From the IMG/VR virus record IMGVR_UViG_3300042563_002400, positions 1 to 29,047 of that record: a DNA stretch of 29,047 nucleotides; one strand, 5' to 3'. Source of the DNA: a virus. Taxonomy: Duplodnaviria > Caudoviricetes. The number at the start of each line of letters is the position of its first letter. The stretch's first letter is position 1. Made by a program: the position numbers and the translations under genes. This document shows positions 27,201 through 29,047 of this stretch, in pieces. The notes below the pieces were generated by a model. The model searched no databases, was not told the origin of the DNA, and saw nothing but the letters and a program-made list of their open reading frames with translations.

Positions 27201-27958
27201 GTGTTAATTTAAATCCGTATTGGGGGGCTACGGGGGATAAATATTTTATGACTAAATATTACTGTGACTCAAGTAATTCTACTGATGGTAAAGTTCAGAC
27301 AGCGTACGCCTTCTTTAATAGTGTGGGAGACCATATTAATTTTTTAATGGAAAGATATCAAAATAGAGCTAGTATGATTAAAAGTATTGATGCTAAAGAT
27401 ATTGCTAAATTTTTAATATTATATTCGGATAATGGTATTCCTAAAAATGAAGATGAATATACCACAATGAATCCTACTGATATATCAAATATTGAAAGTA
27501 GAGTTCAAGAGGCTATTAATATTTTTAATCCTGTAACAGGTAATGTTTCGGGAACACAACCAGCCGCAGATGTTCCGGCACCAACACCATTTATTTCAAA
27601 ATATAAATATACAATTTCAAATTCACCAATTATTGAATCATTAAAAGTGACTATAGACCCTGCTCAAGGTGCTTGGCAAATATTTGTTGCAAGATGGGAT
27701 TATACTATAACAGCGTCTTGTGCGGGAGGTACTGGAACTAATCAAGACTTAAATGCTGGTGATATATCAACAAATGGTCAAGAATATTTTGTTGATACTG
27801 AATCATTATTGAGAGATTTTGACTGTGACAAGAAAGATTATAAAGGAGAATATAAATTAACATTAGAGTTAATTGCTAATCCGATAACACCGGGAGGTGA
27901 ACGTGACTCTACAAGACAACAAGCTGTAAAAACATTCTCATATAACTTTAAACTTTAA
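21221..27958 (+). CDS. Giant baseplate hub protein (gp27/GpD/VgrG-like) with C-terminal lysozyme-like (GH73-like) domain
   Basis: N-terminal LGITSIQI...PTISMRLVDIKGRALF. Late YSCTITMMGNAIIQPTMYFNL...SGPYMITSVNHTITPGNFETVIEGIR is typical of the last gp27/GpD barrel. C-terminal HNYSGV...YAFFNSVGD. Overlaps the LysM gene by 11 nt. Confidence 0.65.
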   Translation: MVDKSENILVEFDYNNITIIDPNKVVDKDNKVKERYVNQEDLVMYANLECNILPRTKLAIGTANNDAIRTVSIAKINFLNPGNKGKLDNSYTDELTGKGTLQGKGVNQNKLNSVQNPNNSDDYYITQTMMSDGKPGSVDNGLLGITSIQIRQGLDFLPTISMRLVDIKGRALFEAGDNSPYAAFFNLPYPLFHLTIKGYYGKAVRLGLMLQNFTTTYNAADGNFQVDLTFYTYKYTVLTEVTMGALMATPHMYQSRLKIQSSKGGPSKTSKVEDLIVERGYQKIRELYSEYKSKGMIPDDFPEITLIQMKERIENFIKNILDSFTKQNLDPLTDLDTYGSQLQDYQGNVFYYSPQSWFNKYMDTENFFMLNKSGVKVYTFKKEINTSQKKSDAISELKKLINENNTLLGKNKTCGTNGKYSISGKETPCTISNSIKYEIFPKQVQVNDIDFTETYKAQKKSSQPTDLDISNFKADLVKSNTFNSLEINNTDGQNQVKYNYFVFEGPGSFIDLIDKINKDLKTKREEIQEKLTIALSELLQSKDNGIGFVPTIRNVLAVVFANGEAFLRLMDDVHTKAWAQRDNKIRKNVVFNKQVAGASADNKNSGDDVNQPIYPWPQVIKETTGENGQEKYELRYPGDNDIIGETKGFLSDVWPEIEFVEEFLRALVEKEKPPSPFTPSSNSLTEPNRVSLNAIEFPIGNEVFNNKQDVKFFYEIYERVLFTSHYSRLSRASSNVGDTNNITNVIAEAETTNIKTSLGTDNPFLIKKLKEYGFTGDNFERVLRQISNEGIGESWQNYIRGIFNTTYIKNTVDNSGFEFISSDILTESSSQPLVSLNNENLVVQYITNSTTSNNVDLEDIYPFTDTKWINGGLADGGSSNYNSAFNTTKGLTYNTKNKVISNFTDAKSVDVNRPITNFVYKTINAPVVNKLELSNFYSTRTYDAQLPTEGDIIYHNYSGGVSTYQTTSMFNTPYFINSIQEGVNKFKNKELYPYVSSAYLFLNSLPLTTLREKSKTYEGSSQKDLDYLFATLKKFGAVHKMPYAWILKMGSIWNRYKTFTNSGVDILDNCWKNFDANINYDPVNSDPTKIYTFTIPGQTGSTSVVLQNTVDTSFPLFFSNVSADTTTINTGFYPKLINDFNVFYQGFEVYSGYTNADIQNGFNKGVTLNNVVDSVINGSNGVATGSTRFIKVIPWSVSVKTPDKISSYIMPSQGSLFNQTFNECFTPNGTLQIEVTGNTSMYNGSVRLFWSAPNYGYFDNTKLVKPTPSQYLKQIFTGQSSQQNYSFNGVTNDYTNISEMFSVFEKNVLDKFETEFLKFSKSIYTFDENESEVDTDTEKSFGNFQKLMTSMMVVPTVNGLSSDGTVTDIQTRQLTNLSNLITNFLNYDVVFKYGNPGGFDKRLFYTFSKHPITSPITWDYYTSNTANGLPSQTTLALSQTTYPDAWNALKTYVGFSDIPELVYKDSGSYITDFFIDCNVAFTVESITNLYPIIKIYATQKLKDPTLNYDKFITLVNDYLTSIDSFNTKILNNLMIKIQKELPNVNDTPQQKTQSVLDSNQTKVELWESFKATNDKWIAGNDFKTKTLFEDILLLDRASRDVGDKILVDVIKLKDRLTDINVKTNMLTYIQTILVENNFVVMNIPSYINFYNVQDAVKNAKPSPEGTLEFANTMFGTFLNVDYRNSSAKMVCFYGGKPSEQLDLKNNVDYRFRNDAFDLRRASDNPLLENQIGKKDWDKSNKVVGFNVDMGPQNQSIFQGFNVSQNPGKSTAESLEVINQMANQSGNRGGSTQSTSLYNVYKNRSYSCTITMMGNAIIQPTMYFNLRNVPMFSGPYMITSVNHTITPGNFETVIEGIRQPTASLPKVENYIQSLKTTLLKTITDKLSQEKADKVKASSTGTTSNSNIKKQKEEKVKELTKKGGTKSDNTQTCKPISNYDKYTLDKPSATTVNYNDVISLITTNTDNRIRYAVFAKMYLSSANGSQLKTVAHNYSGVNLNPYWGATGDKYFMTKYYCDSSNSTDGKVQTAYAFFNSVGDHINFLMERYQNRASMIKSIDAKDIAKFLILYSDNGIPKNEDEYTTMNPTDISNIESRVQEAINIFNPVTGNVSGTQPAADVPAPTPFISKYKYTISNSPIIESLKVTIDPAQGAWQIFVARWDYTITASCAGGTGTNQDLNAGDISTNGQEYFVDTESLLRDFDCDKKDYKGEYKLTLELIANPITPGGERDSTRQQAVKTFSYNFKL

Positions 27959-27998
27959 TTTTTTCTTAACTAACAGATATTTATATATAAAAAAGATT

Positions 27999-28223
27999 AT
28001 GGATACAAAATCATTATTAGAGAATTACTTAGGTAAAAAAACCCGTACTACTGAGAAAGATATGGGTAACGGTTCAAAACAAGTTTGTGATTTGGATTCA
28101 GGAGATTGTTATACAATTAGAATGAAAGATGGTCTAATCGAAAGAGTTGACAATACAATGAGCCAAAATAGAAAAATACAAGTTGAAACCACAACAGGTG
28201 TAAAACAATTATTAAACGGATAA
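27999..28223 (+). CDS. Hypothetical protein (74 aa)
   Basis: Has a TATTTAT motif upstream, contains VCDLDSGDC, and is followed 1 nt later by the next ORF. Confidence 0.65.
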   Translation: MDTKSLLENYLGKKTRTTEKDMGNGSKQVCDLDSGDCYTIRMKDGLIERVDNTMSQNRKIQVETTTGVKQLLNG

Positions 28224-28224
28224 G

Positions 28225-28899
28225 ATGAGAAAAATAGATAATAGAATTTTAGAAGAAATTGCTAGATATAATTCAATTAACAATTATATTGTAGAACAAG
28301 ACGCTACATTACCTCCACCTCCGGGTGAAGACCCAAACGCCTTACCACCAGAGGGTGGAGCTCCGGCTCCGGCACCGGTTGACCCAAATGTTGCAGCACC
28401 TGCTCCGGCAGCACCTGCAGGTCCACAACCTGTGGATTTGGCAAATGACCCTGATGTTGAAAAATTAGGTGACGAAGGTAAAGTTGGTGGTACTGAAGAA
28501 ATGGATATTACGGATTTGGTAAATTCTCAGAAAAAAGTTGAGGAGAAACAAGAAGAATATTTTGAAAACTTATTCAAGCACTTAGATGGTTTAGAAAGTA
28601 AACTTGGTGAGATGGATGGTATTATGTCTAAATTAAATGATTTAGAATCAAAAATTGAAAAATACAGAGAAAAAACTCCTCAAGAAAAATTAGAATTAAG
28701 AACATTAGATTCAGGACCATTCAATCAAAAATTAAGTCAATTCTTTGATGATAAAGAAGAGGATATGGAAAAATCAGGAAAAAATGAATATATTTTAACT
28801 CAGAATGATGTTGAAGATTACTCTCCTAATGAAATACAAAAAACATTTAGAAATTTTGGTGACGAAACACAACCATCATCATTTCAACAACTAAGATAG
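28225..28899 (+). CDS. Hypothetical protein with Pro/Ala-rich linker and coiled coil (possible head scaffold/internal protein)
   Basis: N-terminal ILEEIARYNSI, PPPPGEDP...PAPAAPAGP low-complexity stretch, and heptad region LDGLESKLGEMDGIMSKLNDLESKIEK. Confidence 0.6.
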   Translation: MRKIDNRILEEIARYNSINNYIVEQDATLPPPPGEDPNALPPEGGAPAPAPVDPNVAAPAPAAPAGPQPVDLANDPDVEKLGDEGKVGGTEEMDITDLVNSQKKVEEKQEEYFENLFKHLDGLESKLGEMDGIMSKLNDLESKIEKYREKTPQEKLELRTLDSGPFNQKLSQFFDDKEEDMEKSGKNEYILTQNDVEDYSPNEIQKTFRNFGDETQPSSFQQLR

Positions 28900-28903
28900 A
28901 TAT

Positions 28904-28930
28904 GACGGTCTTAGGACCGTCTTTTTTTTT
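28904..28930 (+). terminator. Intrinsic terminator ending the structural operon
   Basis: GACGGTC-TTAG-GACCGTC followed by T9. Confidence 0.92.
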
Positions 28931-28940
28931 ACAAAACAAT

Positions 28941-28969
28941 TTGACAAACACACGGCTGACACTTATACT
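28941..28969 (+). promoter_or_regulatory. Consensus sigma70-type promoter
   Basis: TTGACA (28941-28946), 17-nt spacer, TATACT (28964-28969). It lies just after the terminator and about 30 nt before the ATG at 28999. Confidence 0.85.
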
Positions 28970-28998
28970 TTTATAAACCTTTAAATATTTTAAACACT

Positions 28999-29047
28999 AT
29001 GGCGACAAATTCATTAGACGCAGTTTTGGCTCAATACGAGAAAGCAA
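28999..29047 (+). CDS. 5' end of a gene running off the window (MATNSLDAVLAQYEKA...), possibly an ssDNA-binding/replication protein
   Basis: ATG at 28999 after a strong promoter, with the frame open to the end. The product guess rests only on recollection of similar N-termini and is weak. Confidence 0.5.
   Translation, partial: MATNSLDAVLAQYEKA

Noticed and set aside
7861-27958. Bacterial extracellular contractile injection system, tailocin or T6SS locus
   Set aside because: Neck/head-closure genes, PolB and SNF2 in the same dense block indicate a phage genome with a head, not a headless injection system.
28311-28430. GC-rich short repeats (CCGGCTCCGGCACC, GCAGCACCTGC twice)
   Set aside because: Explained by Pro/Ala codons of a low-complexity linker. 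There is no repeat-spacer periodicity, so this is not a CRISPR array or DNA-level element.
1-29047. Stop-codon reassignment, as seen in some large phages
   Set aside because: Long genes are intact in code 11. TAA, TGA (2430-2432 minus) and TAG (28897-28899, directly before a terminator) all act as stops.
1-29047. tRNA, rRNA, CRISPR array, integrase or transposase
   Set aside because: Intergenic gaps are short (at most ~180 bp) and AT-rich with no cloverleaf or repeat-spacer pattern. No ORF shows recombinase or transposase motifs.

Overview
AT-rich, gene-dense segment of a large (probably jumbo) contractile-tailed myophage genome, read in the standard code. From the left it holds the 3' end of a family B DNA polymerase and a leftward block (small beta protein, gp13-like neck, PD-(D/E)xK-like nuclease, SNF2 helicase). 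A long rightward morphogenesis module follows: gp14-like head closure, gp15-like tail terminator, 1188-aa sheath, HAD phosphatase, tube, gp26-like chaperone, tape measure, a 1658-aa tube-initiator/OmpA-like protein, LysM, and a 2245-aa baseplate hub. The window ends with a terminator, a consensus sigma70 promoter and the start of another gene. Signals not in the ORF track: (1) an ATG-less gp51-like ORF reachable from the gp26-like gene by a probable +1 frameshift at UUU_UUU_CGG, just before the tape measure; (2) a sense-strand TATTTAT motif upstream of 11 genes, most likely a phage late promoter, alongside separate sigma70-type promoters, one firing antisense into the tail operon; (3) a missed 54-aa ribbon-helix-helix gene divergent from the sheath; (4) a shared N-terminal (I/L)-x-E leader on non-structural late proteins, suggesting capsid-packaged cargo; (5) cell-wall or adhesion domains grafted into the sheath and baseplate proteins. 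All product calls come from motif recognition and gene order; no database searches were run.
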